64,000 nucleotides of DNA, taken from NCBI RefSeq assembly GCF_001194135.2, contig NC_068992.1:36671021-36735020 (forward strand). The letters are read 5' to 3'. This stretch comes from Octopus bimaculoides. Lineage: Eukaryota. The notes under the pieces are model-generated. The model was given only the letters and a program-made list of their open reading frames with translations, had not been told where the DNA came from and ran no database searches. This document shows positions 61,940 through 64,000 of this stretch, piece by piece; within the stretch, counting starts at the first letter, position 1; every line of letters starts with the position of its first letter. A program made the position numbers and the translations under genes.

Positions 61940-63890
61940 TCAGTTAGGGAAGTGATGGAAATCAACAAAAAAATGAACAACTGGAAGGCTTCGGGACCAG
62001 ATGGAGTTCAAGGCTACTGGATCAAAAGATTTGGTGAATGTCATGCACGAATAGCTGCACAACTCATAACCTTGTTCAATGCCGACCAAGTAACACCAGA
62101 GTGGTTTACATTGTGTAGGACAGTGCTGTGCTTGAAGAATATCGAAAAAGTCAATACGGTAGACAATTACAGGTCAAGATCCTGTTTGCCACTTATGTGG
62201 AAATTATTGACTGGAGTACTTGCAGAGTCAATGTACGAACATTTGGAAAACAATGGAGTCCTGCCACATGCGCAGAAGGGCTGCAAGCGCAAGTGCAGAG
62301 GTACCGAGGATTAACTCCTGATAGACAAAACTATACTTAGAGACTGCAAGAGGAGGACAAGTAACTCAGCCATGTCATGGATCGATTATCGTAAGGCGTA
62401 TGATATGATTCCACACTCTTGTATAATGGAATTTATGAACCTATTTGGTATTGCATTGAATGTTGAGCGATTGCTTGGAAAAATATGGAACTGACACCAT
62501 ACGGAATAAGTTTAGAGACGGTAGAAATAAGGAGGGACATCTTCCAAGGACACTACCTGTCCCCACTGATCTTTGTTCTGGGCTTGATACCACTAACACT
62601 AATACTGAGGAAAGAAAAAGCTTGGTATCTATTCAGAAGCCGTCAAGAAAAAGTCAACCATAAGTCTTTCATGGATGGCCTCAAATTTTATGGTAAAGAT
62701 AAATCCCAAGTCAGTTCCCTCGTTGATTCAGTGCTGATATCAGAAAGTAGTTCGAACTGAGGAAGTGTCGTGTGTTAGTCTTGAAGGGAAGCAAAATGAA
62801 ATCTATGGACGGGCTATCGAGACCGTCGTGGGAGGTTATGAAGCAGATAGAAGAGACGGGCTATAAATACTTGGGAAATTTGGAAATGGATAAATTGATG
62901 AATAAAGAAACGACAGAAAAAATTAAGGTGGAGTACTTGCGCAGACTGAGACTGATTCTTAAGACGGAATTAAACGGAGACGGAATAAGGTTGAAGCTAT
63001 CAACACCTGGGCAGTTTCACTCCTTAGATATGAGCAGGGGTAATCGCGTAAACAGTAGACGAACGAAACAGCTTAGACAGAAAGATAAGGACGTTGCTAA
63101 TTAGATACGGGACACTCCACCCAAAAAGTAACACAGACAGACTATATGTACCGAGAAAAATAGGGGCAAGATGACTTATTGAATGCGAATACAGCAATAG
63201 AGCAGAAGAAAACAACATAGCATGGTATGTAAGAAATGTCACAGAACCGCAATTATTAGAAGTAAGGTCAGGCTTGTGTAAGATGAAAGACTGCAAAGAT
63301 AAATCACTGTACAAGCAATTGAAAACGAATGTAACTGAAGATAGGTGGGTAAAGAGAAGAATGCTTGGACAATTTCATTGGGACGTTGAAGATAAGACAG
63401 ACAGAGAAAAAAAGATGGCTGTGGATGACTAAAAGTGATTGAAAGCCGGAAACGGAGGTTCTAATCTCTGCTGCCTAAGAGCAAGCACTAAGAACAAACT
63501 ACATAAAATACAGAATAGACAACACATCAGAAAGTGATAAGTGCAGAATCTGTTGACGAAATGTTGAAACCGTATGGCATATTGCCAGCCAATGTACGTC
63601 ACTAGCCCAAAGGGAATATAAGAGACGCCACGACAATATAGCAAGGCTTGTCTATTGGACACTTTGCAACAAGTATGGACCTGACAGAGCAAAAAATTCG
63701 TACGACCACAAAGATCCGGTGGGATTTTATGAGTCAGTGCGACCATGAGATAGAAAATAGGAAGCCAGACATAGTCTTAATTGAGAAGGAAGCAAACTAT
63801 GCTGGATCATAGATATAGCATGCGCAGCTGACAACAAGGTATGCGATAAGGAAGAAAGAAAAGTCGACAGGTATGAGCAAAAAGGGTGCA
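61940..63890 (+). mobile_element. R4-type RLE non-LTR retrotransposon (RT, zinc finger, PD-D endonuclease), decayed
   Basis: WKASGPDG, WIDYRKAYD, IFQGHYLSPL, YKYLG, CRIC, RRHD, KPDIV..IDIAC. Confidence 0.9.
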
Positions 63891-64000
63891 AAGGTGGGTC
63901 CTATAGTTAAAAAGATCAACTACTCATCAATACGATGATCTTGGAAAGTTGTCACAAACAACACAAGAATTTGTCGATAACCTGCATAGACTATAAAAAG

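Overview
AT-rich, gap-riddled (12 N-runs) animal genomic DNA made almost entirely of decayed transposable elements and microsatellites. The SINE and repeat types suggest a coleoid cephalopod (Octopus-like); this is an inference, not a database result. No host gene, rRNA, intact tRNA or CRISPR array is supportable, and all TE ORFs carry stops or frameshifts. Contents: (i) about ten Penelope-like element (PLE) remnants, several ending in minimal type-I hammerhead ribozyme motifs with family-specific palindromic helix III; (ii) a ~12 kb head-to-tail array of three L1/Tx1-type LINEs, the middle one retaining only ORF1 and the 3' UTR (HAL1-like), plus a fourth decayed copy; (iii) five R4/Dong-type RLE non-LTR retrotransposons, some flanked by (AAT)n and others by (CATA)n; (iv) a Gypsy LTR element with a nested SINE; (v) Tc1, maT, mariner and hAT remnants. 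Element boundaries are manual estimates unless a TSD or TIR is quoted.
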